From assembly GCF_006345805.1 (NCBI RefSeq), contig NC_043004.1, positions 82,336,001 to 82,400,000 of the forward strand: 64,000 nucleotides of DNA. Reading direction: 5' to 3'. The position numbers and the translations under genes were made by a program. Every line of letters starts with the position of its first letter. The first letter of the stretch is position 1. The notes beneath the pieces were generated by a model that saw only the letters and a program-made list of their open reading frames with translations, did no database searches and was not told where the DNA came from. Below are positions 11,983-26,231 of the stretch, piece after piece. The stretch is from Octopus sinensis. Taxonomy: Eukaryota.

Positions 11983-12122
11983 CACATATGTATATGCATT
12001 TATAGATTGATGCATACAGAAATATAGAAGAGAATAAGAAATATGATAGGAGAGCGAATACACGAAAGCGAATATGATGATTGTTAAATAATTAGAACCT
12101 TATAACTAATGAAGTGTTAACA

Positions 12123-12290
12123 ATTATTTACATTTGACGGATATTTGTCCTCATCTTGTTAGTTGTTGACACAACGTTTCGGCTGATATATGACCTCCAA
12201 GACGCTGAAGGGCGGAGGGTATGTCAGCCGAAACGTTGCGTTAGTAACAAACAAGATGAGAATAAATATCTGTCAAATCTAGATAATGCA
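12123..12290. repeat. Palindrome built from two inverted H1 HHR-SINE 3' halves
   Basis: 12123-12190 pairs with 12220-12287. Confidence 0.85.
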
Positions 12291-12324
12291 AATTATGTAA
12301 ATAAATTCGCTTTCTCTATTTCTC

Positions 12325-12690
12325 ATTTATTTGTTTCAGTGATTTGACTGTGGCCATGCTGGAGCACCGCCTTTAATCGAGCAAATCGACCTCAGGACCT
12401 ATTCTTTTTAGGCCTAGTACTTATTCTATCGTTCTCTTTTGCCGAGCCGCTAAGTTACGGGGACGTGAACACACCAGCACCGGCTGTCAAGAGATGTTGA
12501 GGGACAAACACAGACACACACACATACACACACACACACATACATACATCTACACATCTTTCAGTTTCTGTCTCCCAAATCCACTCACAAGGCTATAGTA
12601 GAAGACACTTGCCCAAGGTGCCACGCAGTGGGACTGAACCCGGAACCATGTGGTTGGTAAGCAAGCTACTTACCACACAGCCACTCATGC
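12325..12690 (-). mobile_element. SINE family A
   Basis: Near full-length reverse copy. Confidence 0.85.
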
Positions 12691-12774
12691 GCCTATGTAC
12701 ATAATAATGTACATAAATCCTCATCTCTTAAATATGGAAATGTATTAACGGAGTGTTGCCAGTAGATTAGATAT

Positions 12775-13172
12775 ACGATGCAAATGTGTGCGTGCGTGTG
12801 TGCGTGCGTACGTGCGTGTGTGTGTGTGGTGTGTGTGTGTGTGTGCGTGTGTACCAATGCGTGTGTGTGTGCGCGTCTGCGTGTACGTTCGTCCGCGTGT
12901 GTGCGTGCGCGTCTGCGTGTGTGCGTACGTGCGTGTCTGTGTGTATGTGTGTGTGCGTTTTAATGAGCGCGTATATGCCATGTGTGTGTGTGAGTGTATG
13001 TGTGCGTGTGTGGTGTGCATGTGTGCGTGTGCGTCTGCTTGCGTGTGTGTCTTGTCTGAGTGTGTATCTGTGTGTACGTGTATGTGTGCTTTTTATGAAC
13101 GCGTGTATACCATGTGTGAGGTTGTGCATGCAGGTTTGTTCTCCCTGCCGGTTTATTAGTATGTGTGTGTCT

Positions 13173-13207
<35 letters not shown>

Positions 13208-13600
13208 ATAGGTATCCTTATACGATGTGTGTAACTGGTTATAAGTCCCAGTGTGTATGCATAGACAATCTTGTGTGTTTATATATCTCTCTATCTATCT
13301 GAAAATTTCTCTCTATCTGTGTGTGCGCGCGTGTGGTCATGTGCACGCGTATACAATTTATATTAAGGGTGCATATTTGTGTGTGTAGATGTACATATAT
13401 TTGCTTGTAACTCTGCATGTGTATACGCACGCGCATGTATTTACTATATGTGTGAGTGTACATTTTGTGTATAGACTATGTATGTTTATATGACTTTCTC
13501 TGTTTTCAAATGTACGTTTGTGCCTGTGTGCATGTATGTATTTGTGGATATGCGTGTATGCGCGCATGGGTGTATGTATCCATGGAGATGCGTCTACTTT
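12775..13600. repeat. (GT/GC/AT)n alternating purine-pyrimidine low-complexity tract
   Basis: Read directly. Confidence 0.9.
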
Positions 13601-14082
13601 ATGTGTGATGGGTACAGGTTAGTGTCCATAGACGAGGTGTATGTATATCTACCCCCACTCACTCACTCTGTTTGTGTGTGTGTGTTTGCACTGGGTGTAG
13701 ACATGTTGGCAGAATTTTGGAAGAGGTTTCGAAGTGCGTTTAATTATAATATTGATTTTTTTTCTTGTCGGCATTGCTCCAAGATTTGTAGGTAACACAC
13801 AGAGGAGTGGAGAATACTATAACATCAGACCTTTATATATTACTGGTATTTGATGTATCGATAACAGCGATTAAACCAAACGCTGGATTGTGGGAAAGAT
13901 TCAGATGATGACTGGAACTTGTGGATCCATATTTTTGACTAAAAGAAATACGAATTTCTTCAGAGTTTTAAAGTGTTGGCAAGAAGCCACTATAGGTATC
14001 CCGGATATAAATGTTCTGCTTTTTAGAAATAACAGAAAATTATTTCTCAGTCGAAACCCTACCAATATTGGTTTTAAATTAA

Positions 14083-14275
14083 GGCGGCGAGCTGGCAGAA
14101 ACTTTGGCACACCGGGCGAAATGCTTAGCGGTATTTCATCTGCCTTTACGTTCTTTGTTCAAATTTCATCGAGCTCGACTTTGCCTTTCATTCTTTCGGC
14201 GGACGATAAATTAAGTGTCAGTTGCGTACTAGGTCGATCTAATCGACTGGCCCCTATCTCCAATAATTTTGGGGC
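14083..14275 (+). mobile_element. SINE family B (central domain resembling Meta/Sauria-type SINEs)
   Basis: GGCGGCGAGCTGGCAGAAAC head and GACTTTGCCTTTCATTCTTTCGG..GATAAATTAAG core. Confidence 0.8.
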
Positions 14276-15253
14276 TATATTCGATTTATATCTAATATAT
14301 TTATTTTAAAAACCAAGGGAAATAACTCATTCGCCTCTGGAAGGGATCCTTATATATAGCCGAGGAAAATAACCCATTCATTTTTCGTAAATTATTTGGT
14401 ATACATTAATTGCCTATGCTTATTTCTTGGTATTTGAACTGTTAGAGTTATTTCGCAATTTAACCAGTACGACCCTTAAACAAGTGAATAGTATTTTCCT
14501 AAACAATAGATTCACTTATTTCGGTTAGTGATTTATTCACTAATATATCAACACTAGCGACCCTTAGGGTAATATTTTCTGGAAACACACAAAAGCCCTT
14601 TTTTTTACTTTGAATTGTTATTATTTCATATCTGATTAGCCTGTCATTATCTAACATGCATCACGAATTTAGTATAGATACCTTGTTAGTATTTCCTCCT
14701 ATGTTCTATATACTCTGGGAACGCATTAAAGCCCTTTTGGGGCAACTTATTTGAATTCTTACTATCGGGTAACTAATTTCTTGTTATTACATAACTGACT
14801 TCACAATTTGGGTATTCATAACTTATTGGGAATTCCTAAAAACAAGATCCTGTGTAAGACAGTTCGATATTCTCTGTAAATGTACAAAAACAGTTTTAAG
14901 GGCTCCATATTTTGTACTGTTGTTATTGGATTAGTGAAACAATTATGAGAACGGAACCGAGGGATAAGCTCCGCTTTCCCGGGAATTACCGGTTACGTCA
15001 GCTAGTATAATAATATCAGTGATATTTTAAACAAATTTCAGATACTAAAATTATATATATATATATATATATATTCATACATACACAACATGAAAACGAG
15101 TAACAAAAGGAACACCTCTCGTCACAAACAGAGACAAGAATCAGCTCAGTTTCGGCAGGTTATGACTAAATAGTATACGCATTATATATATTTATATATG
15201 CGTATGCATATTCATATGTGTATAAACACATAATACATACACACACACACACA

Positions 15254-15287
<34 letters not shown>

Positions 15288-16345
15288 TGAAGAGAATATG
15301 TGTATATACATATGTTTATATATATATATATATATATCATATGTGTGTATATATATATATGTATATATATATATATGTATGTATGTATGCACATACATAA
15401 ACATACATACACAAACACAGACATACAGGATCACACACACACCCACATACAAACAGAGACATATATACAAATATATTTATACACACATTCACACACCTAC
15501 CTACAAATATAATGCGCCTGTGTGCAAGTGTATGTATGTGTTAACCTCTATGTTGGTCATATATTTATATCATCACTTATAAACCTCATGTTCGTGTCCG
15601 TTTCACAGCGCTCTTCATATACGGAGGTTTTCAGTGTGTAATAAATTACTTTTACATGTCTGCGCTAATATGCATGCATTATACCATAGAGTTTCATATT
15701 CACAAATTAATGCAGATAGAGAAGGGCAGCTCGTTACATCACCAGAACATCATTCTGTATAATGCGTAGCACGAATATTAGTGCAGACATGTGAACATGA
15801 TTTATTATGCAGTGAAATTATTATTACACGAAGAAGGCTACAAAACGGTCATAACCCCAAGGATGACTTGTGGTTAAATAAATATATTCCCCTCCCATAG
15901 CTGCTGCCTTTTTATGGTTTATATACTGTTCGTCAAATAATATCATCGATCGGATCTCTTGGATTTTTTGCTGTATGGAACACTGTATTAAACTCCTCTG
16001 CATTGTATTACTATCTAGTCTATTAGCCGAGTCCACTAGAGAAGTCTTCTGTGATAGCCACGTGATTTTAGGACTCTATAAGAATTTCTTATACGTTGTC
16101 TTCCATGGTCTGTTTATTATTTATCCCCAGATATTTTACAATCGGGTGCTGCGCCGTGTATTCACGTGTATCCTCATCTAAGATGTAGATGAGTAACAAC
16201 TTTCCAGGTGGTAGGCTTGATAATTGTTGAGAGATTTCTCGCGACATGAAACCAGCGGTAGCCTTGTTAACACAAATTAAGAATATTTATCAATATTTAC
16301 CAATGCGGTGTTGACCGCTCGTTCTCAATGTCGAATATTAGCGTG

Positions 16346-16397
<52 letters not shown>

Positions 16398-16473
16398 TGT
16401 ATGTATGTATGTATGTATGTGTGTGTATATATATATATATGTATATGTATGCATATACACATATGAATCTATC

Positions 16474-16506
<33 letters not shown>

Positions 16507-17025
16507 TAATTTCACCCTTCATTATTACGGATAACCATATTTTATTCAGTAGATGACCACAGCATCTTGTTTTGGCTACACGCGGGTGGGAAGGGGCTGT
16601 TGACACAATCGTTTCATTCACAAATTGAATTCGGTGATACAGTGCGGATTCTAGCTCGCTCTGATACTGATGGAGTTGGTGCCTCTGGTATCTCAAATTC
16701 AATATATAATCATTTATGATTATAGTATTCTACGCTGAAGAGAAAAGAAGTTCGGTAAGATAGAATTATTTATTATTTAATATTTAATATTTAATTCTTA
16801 TGCTTTCCTTAAAACTTGATTTCGAAACGTACGTCCGTGGATAACTAAAAAAATGTATGATAGATTGCAGTCAATTCATTCTCTCTTACCTGTTTGTGTC
16901 TGCCTTCCAAATGCTGTTTTTACTGAGATCTCCCTTTTAGTAGAAGAATAGCTATAACCCTTTGACTGCTATTTCTAAATTCGGTATGTGGTAAGGCAAC
17001 TCGTTGCTAAACCCTTATTGCTTAA

Positions 17026-17058
<33 letters not shown>

Positions 17059-17145
17059 CATACATATGAATCTATATCTATATATACGAACATACATGCA
17101 TACATACATACATACTACATACACCCACACACACACACCCATATA

Positions 17146-17183
<38 letters not shown>

Positions 17184-17185
17184 AT

Positions 17186-17216
<31 letters not shown>

Positions 17217-17852
17217 GTATGTAGTATATATATATGGCCACAGCTCATTAGCTGAAACTGGAAAAATCAAAATCAAAATCATATATATGTATATATATGT
17301 ATATATATATATAGACAGGTTCAAATTTTGCTTATATAAATATATGCATTGAAGCTGATGTAAAACCACGCGCCCATATATTACGTTTTAAAAGACATGT
17401 AGCAAATGTGAGTTTGCTCTAATCCTTCCTTGACTGTCAAAGTCCATAACATCCTTTTGGAAACATAAATTTGCTCACTTCATTGCCCGTAATTTTATTT
17501 GACGTAAGTTTGTGTTAAGAGTTTTCACTGCGTTGGTCTTGCTTAAGCTGTTGGTAGATACATGCACGCTTAACATACTTGCGTAAGGAAGACATACACA
17601 TACATGCATATATACATACATGCATACAGGTATGTATACTGTTTGATAAACTGGAAACGTTTAGAGTTTTTCTGCAAAGAGACTGGCTAAAAGGCACTTT
17701 ACAGATACAATATCTAAATGGAACGGTAAAAATAAGTTAGATTTTCCTAAAGTTCAATTAGTGTCAATTATCGCCGTTGCTAACTGGATTCCAGCTCTCG
17801 TTTCGTTGTTAGAAACTAGTTCCCTCTTGCTCGGAAGATTTCTTCTAAGCGT

Positions 17853-18010
17853 GGCACTCCGTCGGTTACGACGACGAGTGTTCCAGCTGATACGATCAAC
17901 GGAACAGCTTGCTCGTGAAATTAACGTGCAAGTGGCTACGCACTTCACACAGACACGAGTACACTTCAAAGTGTTTCTCGGAGAGACCCAGCCTGACACA
18001 GAATACAAAA
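17853..18010 (-). mobile_element. SINE family C 3' fragment
   Basis: GCACTCCGTCGGTTACGACGACGAG..GCTCGTGAAATTAACGTGCAAG. Confidence 0.8.
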
Positions 18011-18089
18011 CACAATGTTAGGAAGCTGTATACAACATTTGCAAACATTTTCGGCAAATAAGAACATTTCAATGTATATTTGTGGACAC

Positions 18090-18310
18090 TCATGGCTTAG
18101 TGGTTAGCATGTTGGACTCATGATGGTAAAATTGTGGTTTCGATTCCAGGACTGGGCGATGCGTTGTGTTCTTGAGCAAAACACTTCATTTAACGTTGCT
18201 CCTGTTAAGAATGAGTAATCCTGCCATGGAACAACGCCCTGTCCTGGTAGAGTATATATACGCCATGAAACCGGGAAACCGGCTCCTATGACTCTATATG
18301 AATCGGGGAG
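18090..18310 (+). mobile_element. SINE family D (tRNA head and CORE-like domain)
   Basis: TGGCTTAGTGG A-box, GTTTCGATTCC B-box, GTTGTGTTCTTGAGCAAAACACTT. Confidence 0.75.
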
Positions 18311-18420
18311 GAACTTTGCATTTTTTACAATGTATGTTTAAATAATCGGTAAATAAATATATACCACACTCTGTATATATGAATATGAACATATATTATT
18401 CACGCATGCATATGGCCATG

Positions 18421-18469
<49 letters not shown>

Positions 18470-18504
18470 TTACATAAGGCCAAAGATGGTACGGACGCCG
18501 CTAT

Positions 18505-19198
18505 ATATATTATATGTAGAAAAATACAAACTGGGACAAGAATGTAAAACATTTAGAAGACGATACGAAAAACACGGACGGGACATTCGAAGCCTTCAAT
18601 CTTCAGTCAAGAACCGGATCATCCTAGCAATTTCGGCTGATTAATCTTGAGATCGCTCCGATCCGGCCAGCTTCAAGGAAAAACTAAGCTACGAGCATTA
18701 GATTTCTTGGAAAAAGGATCGAATGTATACGAAACAGGGACAGAAAAACGGACGATGCCACACGAATATAAAATACAAAAAACAATAATGGTAAAAACAA
18801 GGCAAAAACAGCGGGTGTCTTACGACTAATAGACAGTACAACTTAGTTTAGCTGGCGTATTTGGAAAAAAATGCCTTTTTCGACAGACGAAGACAACGAT
18901 CTTTTCATGGCGCTGGTTAGAAGCCGAAAGGCTGGTTGACCAGCGGTCACGTGAGAGGAGAATAGAGAGAAAAGAAAGGGGGCAAAGGAATCAAAGAAAG
19001 AGAGAAAAAGAGGGACGAAGGCAACAAAGGGGGGAGAGAGAGAGAAAGAAGGAATTAAAGAGGGGAGAAGAAAGAGAGCGTGGTAAGGATTGGCTTGGCG
19101 ACAGAATCAGTGAGTGCAAAGTGAGAAAGAGAGAAATGTAAGAGAGTGCGGGAAGAGTAGACCAAAGAATCAGAGACAAGAAAAGAGAAAAGGAGGAG

Positions 19199-19254
<56 letters not shown>

Positions 19255-19388
19255 AGAGACAGATCAAAGTAGAGTGCAAAGTGTGAAAGGCAGAGAAATG
19301 TAGGAGAGACCATTATTGTTTTTTGTATTTTATATTCGTGTGGCATAAAGGTTGTCCACATAGCGGTCATCCCTCTTCTGTGTATGTA

Positions 19389-19390
<2 letters not shown>
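18505..19390. mobile_element. (TA)n-embedded repeat, probably Penelope-derived, with internal inversion
   Basis: 18520-18660 is homologous to 40012-40190. 18757-18793 is the reverse complement of about 19310-19346. Confidence 0.55.
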
Positions 19391-19435
<45 letters not shown>

Positions 19436-19504
19436 ATATATATATAATATATATATATATGTATATATATATATAATATATCTATATATACACATAATAT
19501 ATAT

Positions 19505-19575
<71 letters not shown>

Positions 19576-19579
19576 CAGT

Positions 19580-21062
19580 GTGGCTTTAGAAGAAGCAGAT
19601 CAACTATCGATATGATATTCTCCATACGCCAACTTCAGGAGAAGTCCAGAGAGCAGAAAAAGCCATTATATATGGCCTTCATTGATCTAACAAAGGCTTT
19701 TGACTCGGTAAGCAGAACAGGCCTCTTCCTCCTGCTCCAAAAAATCGGATGTCCACCAAAGCTGCTGAGGATCATCAAGTCTTTCCATGATGACATGCAA
19801 GGCACCATACAGCACAACGGTTCAACATCAGCCGCCTTCCAAATAAAAAACGGGGTAAAGCAAGGCTGTGTCCTCGCTCCTACATTGTTTGGCATCTTCT
19901 TCTCACTCTTGCTGTCACATGCCTTTCAGACATCAGATGATGGAGTGTTTCTGCACAGTAGAAGTGACGGGAAACTGTTCAATCTCTCGCGCCTGCGTGC
20001 CAAGACCAAAATCAGAAACGTCCTGATCAATGAGATGTTATTTGCTGATGATGCCGCTCTGGTAACACAACAGAAGAAGCCCTCCAAAGGCTCATTAACT
20101 GTTTTGAGCAAGCATGTAACGACTTTGGCTTAGCTATCAGCCTTAAGAAGACCACATCATGGGCCAGCTACATCGGACATCCCAAACATACATATTGGAG
20201 ACCACAGATTACAAGAGGTGGAGAAGTTTACCTATCTGGGCTCTACCGTCACCTACAACCTATCCCTTGACGCTGAGCTCAATATACGCATTGGCAAGGC
20301 AGCTGCTGCGATGCCCAACTCTCCAAACGGGCTTGGGACAACAATAAGCTGACCAAGACCACAAAAATGAATATCTACCAGGCATGTGTACTCAGCACTC
20401 TACTGTATGGAAGCGAGACCTGGACGCTATACACACGCCAAGAGCGTCGCCTAAACATCTTTCACCTGCGCTGCCTCCGAAAAATCCTCCACATCAAATG
20501 GCAGAATCATATCCCCAACAAAGATGTCCTCAGGCAAGCAGGAATACCAAGCATGTTTGCACTCCTCACACAAAGACGTATGAGATGGCTTGGGCATGTT
20601 AGCCGTATGAAAAATGGCAGAATCCCCAAGGACATACTCTACGGAGAGCTTGCTAGGGGTACTAGGTCTGTGGGTAGACCGATCTTACGTTACAAGGATG
20701 TTTGCAAAAGGGATATGAAGGCCTGCAACATCAACATTAGCGGTTGGGAGGCAGTCGCCGGCAACCGTGGAGAATGGCGACGTACAGTAAAAGAGGGTAT
20801 ACAGAGGAGTGACAGAAAGAGAGAGGAGAAATGGAAAGAAAGGAAGAGACATAAACAAGAGACCATGCACTACAATCAGCCAGGAACAGTCTTCGCTACA
20901 TTTGCAGTACCTGCCAGAGGGAGTGTTTGTCCAGGATAGGACTACACAGCCACAGCAAGAAATGTAACAGGAAATAAAATATAACAGCCGGACTAGACCT
21001 AGAAAAAAAAAAAAAAAAAAAATGCGCAACTCCATTGTCTCCCGAGACAGAAAGGATGCCAA
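19580..21062 (+). mobile_element. RTE-clade LINE, 5'-truncated, with few frameshifts
   Basis: ORF 19612-20133 has FIDLTKAFDSV, GVKQGCVLAPTLF and LFADDAAL. ORF 20367-20939 has LLYGSETW and RWLGHVSRM..RIPK. A shifted frame gives C-terminal CSTCQRECLSRIGLHSH. 3' end CGAGACAGAAAGGATGCC. Confidence 0.95.
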
Positions 21063-21584
21063 ACAATATATGTATATAGGGTCAAATGGTTAAGAAGTTC
21101 GTTGAGGAATCACGAAGTCTCAGGTTCGATCCTTGATAGCGAGGCGTTTGTGCAAATGCTATTATCTGTCTCTTGGAGTTGACCCATGCCTTCTGAGGAA
21201 AATTAGATTGACGGAAACTATATAGAAATTAGTAGATTGTTCCGGTAATTCGGAAGGTACAGCTTGATCACTGAATGTCCAGCTAGTCCCAACTAAAAAT
21301 CCCTTCAAGGGATCGTTTTAACAGGGTCATTTTAACAGAATTGCGGCATTTAGACATAGAAAATACCCGAATGTTCCCTAAAAACAAAGATATAACATAA
21401 ATAAGATACCACTGATTGAGCTCCTTACCCGATGAGATATCCGGGTAATTGTTCAGTATGTTCATGCCTTCAGACAACACAAATGCTCAGTCATTTACCG
21501 GTTAATTCAATGAGCAGATTATTCAATCCATTGAACAACTAAGTCCTCTTCGTCGAAACCGACGAAGATCCATGTATGTATATA

Positions 21585-21818
21585 CAGGGTTAGTCAAAAG
21601 TCACCCGACAGTAAATCAAAATTTCATAAATACTATCTTTAATTCTGTATTGACTCGAATGGAAAAATGTTTTCGCTCAAGAAGGACTTCAGTTTGAACA
21701 ATTTTCATGATGTTTCATATTTAGATGCTTTTATTAAATTCATTCCGTTGTCAAACATTAATAAATCTTGGAATTAAATGTTTTTGATTTACTGTCAGGT
21801 GACTTTTGGCCAACCTTG
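21585..21818. mobile_element. Tc1/mariner-type MITE
   Basis: About 37-bp TIRs CAGGGTTAGTCAAAAGTCACCCGACAGTAAATCAAAA / TTTTGATTTACTGTCAGGTGACTTTTGGCCAACCTTG, with TA on both sides. Confidence 0.85.
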
Positions 21819-21942
21819 TATATTTTTAAAAGTGTATTTTTACAGATTTTCTATAGACTTTAGAGTCACCACTGAAAGCTACGATGCTTCGTATAAGAAT
21901 ACGTCTATATAACTATGCGATTGAAGATAGAAAACTTGTCGT

Positions 21943-22124
21943 GGCGCTCCGTCCGTTACGACGACGAGGGTTACAGTTAATCCGATCAACAGAACAACCT
22001 GCTCGCGAAATTAATTTAGGTATTTTTGCTCAATAAACACTCACAACGCCCGGTCTGGGATAGGAAAATGCGATCCCACGACCGCGTGTCCGCTGCCCTA
22101 ACCACTGGGCCATTGCACCTCCAC
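21943..22124 (-). mobile_element. SINE family C, internally deleted
   Basis: Tail joined to head (GGAGGTGCAATGGCCCAGTGGTTAGGGCAGCGGAC on the minus strand). Confidence 0.8.
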
Positions 22125-22502
22125 GATAGAAAAATAGGTGATGTGTGTATATGCACATTTCAGGAGTTCTTGCTCCTTCTTCAGTGCTACATCTAATGCA
22201 TTAACCGTCCATGAACACATTGCTTAAATACTCACTAAATTTAACGGTATAACACTTGTGGGTCGACCGATTTTATATATCAAACTGGTACGCACATATT
22301 AACTGCTGCTAGGGTCTCTGTATTTTCTATTGCAACTAAAATATACTTTCAGGTATACTAAAGATTTTTAAATCAATACAAAGCAGGTCAGAGTACAAAT
22401 GACTTATCTACGTTTAGTACACTCGGTACTACACTATGCCTGCAAAACGAAATACGCTCGAAAAACAAAACCAAAAAAAGGTTTTCTTTTCTAGACATGT
22501 CC

Positions 22503-22725
22503 ACTCATAAAGGCCAGTTTCGCGGTTTTTATGGTGTATATATGCTCCACCTGGATGGGACGCAGATCCATCGCAGGATTACTCACTTTTGCCAGCTGAG
22601 TGGACTGGAACAACGTGAAATGAAGTGTTTTGTTCAAAGAGTACAACGCAACACCCGGTACAGGAATCGAAACCACAATCTTACCCTGAGAGTCCAACAC
22701 GCTAACGACTAAGCCACGCGCCTCC
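22503..22725 (-). mobile_element. SINE family D
   Basis: Reverse complement of the 18090-18310 type. Confidence 0.75.
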
Positions 22726-22837
22726 GCTAAATGCTTTGTCCCTACCAGCAATTCTTATGTACGGACCAGTTACCAGGTATATTTCTATGTATGAACGTGT
22801 ATGTTTGTTTATATGTATGTATGTATGTATGTTTGTT

Positions 22838-22869
<32 letters not shown>

Positions 22870-23089
22870 TGTATGTATGTATGTATGTATGTATGTATGT
22901 ATGCCTGTATGTATGTATGTATGTATGCATGCATGTATGCATGTGTTACATGCTGTACATCACACTTTTGCTTCTAGTGAACTAAAATTTTACAGAGATG
23001 AGCATTTTCAAGGCAGTTAGCGATTAGGTCATATTGTCACTTTCCCCACAATACATAAAATAAACAACACTACACCCAGTTACTAGAAC

Positions 23090-23127
23090 TAATATTATGT
23101 ACACTCACACGTACACACACACACACA

Positions 23128-23196
<69 letters not shown>

Positions 23197-23692
23197 CTAC
23201 ATACATGCACACATGTACAGACAAACACACGCACAAATGTATATTTGTTTGTGTATCTATCTGTGCATCTGCACACCTCTCTCAATATCTATGAGTATGT
23301 GTTTGTGTGTGTGTACATGTGTGGATATATGCAGACATATATACAATATTATGTAATCTCACGTACACACACACACACCACACACACACACACACATACA
23401 CACACACACACATACACACACACACACACATATATATATATATTATATATATACATACATGCACACATGTACAGACAAACACACGCACAAATGTATATTT
23501 GTTTGTGTATCTATCTGTGCATCTGCACACCTCTCTCAATATCTATGAGTATGTGTTTGTGTGTGTGTACATGTGTGGATATATGCAGACATATATACAA
23601 TATTATGTAAATCTCACGTACACACACACACCCACCCACCCACATATATATACATACGCACACATTCATGCACAAACACACGCATATATATA

Positions 23693-23737
<45 letters not shown>

Positions 23738-23800
23738 ACACATGTGTATATTTGTTCGTGTACCTATCTGTCTGTGTGTCTGTGTCTCTGCATGTGTGGA
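23090..23800. repeat. About 250-bp tandem repeat (about 2.7 copies) built around microsatellites
   Basis: ATATTATGTA..CTCAC..GTACAC recurs at about 23092, 23347 and 23599. Confidence 0.85.
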
Positions 23801-23860
23801 TACATGCATGCATACATACATACATACATACATACATACATACATACATACATACATACA

Positions 23861-23891
<31 letters not shown>

Positions 23892-23967
23892 TTGTTTGTG
23901 TGTACGCGTGCGACCCCCTTAAGCAATATGTTCCACCTGTTTCTATAATTCGTCGTCATCGTAGCAC

Positions 23968-24327
23968 TCTGTCGGTTACGACGACAAGGGTTCCAGTTGA
24001 TCCGATGAACGGAATAGCCTGCTCGTGAAATTAACGTGCAAGTGGTTGAGCACTCCACAGACACGTGCACCCTTAACGTAGTCCTCAAGGAGATTCATCT
24101 TGACACAGAGTGTAACAAGGCTGGCCCTTTGAGATACAGGTACAACAGAAACAAGAAGAGAGAAAGTTGTGGTGAAAGAGTACAGAAGGGTTCTCCACCC
24201 ACCCTCTGCCGGAGCCCCGTAGAGCTTTAACTGTTTTCGCTCAATAAACTCTAACAACGCCCAGTCTGGGAATCGAAACCGCATTCCCACGATCGCGAGT
24301 CCGCCGCCCGAACCAATGGACCATATT
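23968..24327 (-). mobile_element. SINE family C, full length
   Basis: Reverse complement of 26232-26608. Confidence 0.85.
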
Positions 24328-24446
24328 ACTAACTTGTGTAACTAGAAAGTAGTCACAACAGAAGTATTTACCCATTATTTTTAGACAGTCGAGAAATCAA
24401 CTTCGTTCACATTCACTAGTATATATGTGTGTGTATATACATACAT

Positions 24447-24579
<133 letters not shown>

Positions 24580-25755
24580 TATATTTATATGTGTGTGTGT
24601 GTGTGTATGTATAATAAAATATAATATAATATTATATAGAGAGCCGAATACTGCAGTTTTTATGATAGGACCTCTAATAGTACACCTTGTGCATAAGCAC
24701 ACACCACACACACACACATTGCATTTATATATTTCAACTTTACAATAAAAATCTGTTTACCTTTCTCTCGTTACATACCTGAGAGTCATATCCACCCGGG
24801 TACATTCCTCCAGAAACCTCATTTTTTTTTTCACTCTTTCTATCCTTCTTCCTCCTTGTGCCTTCCTTCCTTTGTTTTCTCCTTCCTTAGTCTCTTTCTC
24901 CTTCGTTCTTGCTAATGTAAATTTCGTTTACTTTTTTCTTTCACAAATAGTTTACATTAATCTTTTTCTCGTCCTTTATCTTCTAAAGTTACACAAGAAC
25001 AGTTGTTAAAAACGAGAACGTTACACCTTCCACCTCCTATTATATTTTCTTGGTATATCAAACCTTTGTTAGGTTGTAAGACTTATACATAGTAAAGATT
25101 TATACATCCGTAAACATCGTAAAATGCATCTTTTAATAAAATAGAATAAAACTGGACGAATAAACTACTGGGATATTTCGCCATTCATGCCTTTTCCACA
25201 CACTTCTACATAAATTTAGCAAGTATTATTATCATTCTTTAATCTCCTTCGCATTTTGGGAATTTTTCTTTTTACACTTGCTTAGTATATCCATTAATGT
25301 TTTCATAACAACGCCAGAGATATTCTCTGATTAAACAGTTTTGTATTCAAAGTATTCCAACCGTGACAACTCAATCGATTTTTTCTTTTTTCTTTTTTTT
25401 TTTCAGTTAACTTTGCTCAGTTAATCCGATATTGTTTTCATAAGCAAGACGCAAACTCTGACCGAAAACACTTATATATTCAAATGCATCCCATCCGTGA
25501 CCATTCCATTGGCATTATTTCCTCCCGTATACTTTCTTTACGACTATATTATCATCCAAAAGTTCGCCTTTTCTTTCTTAAAATAATGAAGAATGTGATT
25601 TAACAGACTTGTCGACTGCAACTCTTAACAAAACTAGCCACTGTTTAACAATAAACTCAACCGCGTTGTCGGCTTCACAATATATATGTATATATGTATA
25701 TATATATATATATATATGTATGTATATATATGTGTGCGTGCGTGTTTACATGTGC

Positions 25756-25840
<85 letters not shown>

Positions 25841-26231
25841 GATAGATATGAATTGTGATATTTAAAATTCGATGTGTTAATTGTTCAATTAGTTTCAGTA
25901 ATTAATGTCATTGCAGCTCCTCCTCCTCCTGCTGCTGCTGCTGTTGTTTCTTGTAGATTTTAGCTGTTACTGCGACTGCTGCTACTGCTGTTGGTGTTGC
26001 TTGCCGATCTTGCCGCGCGATTTTATTTCTTCGCTTGAATTACATTCACAACTTCTCAGCCTTTATTGCCATTCATATCATTCCACTATAATTGCATAAT
26101 TGTCGTTGTTGTTGTTGTTGTTGTTATTGTCGAGCTCCGAATGAGCAGATCCACCATTAAAGCCAGTCCAGCCACGATCATTCTGTTTAATTTTCGAACA
26201 CACACACACACGCACACATATATATATAGGT

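Noticed and set aside
13890-14309. 139-aa ORF
   Set aside because: The second half runs through a family B SINE.
15901-16181. Hydrophobic open frame after a candidate acceptor
   Set aside because: Composition is explained by T-richness, and no family is recognisable.
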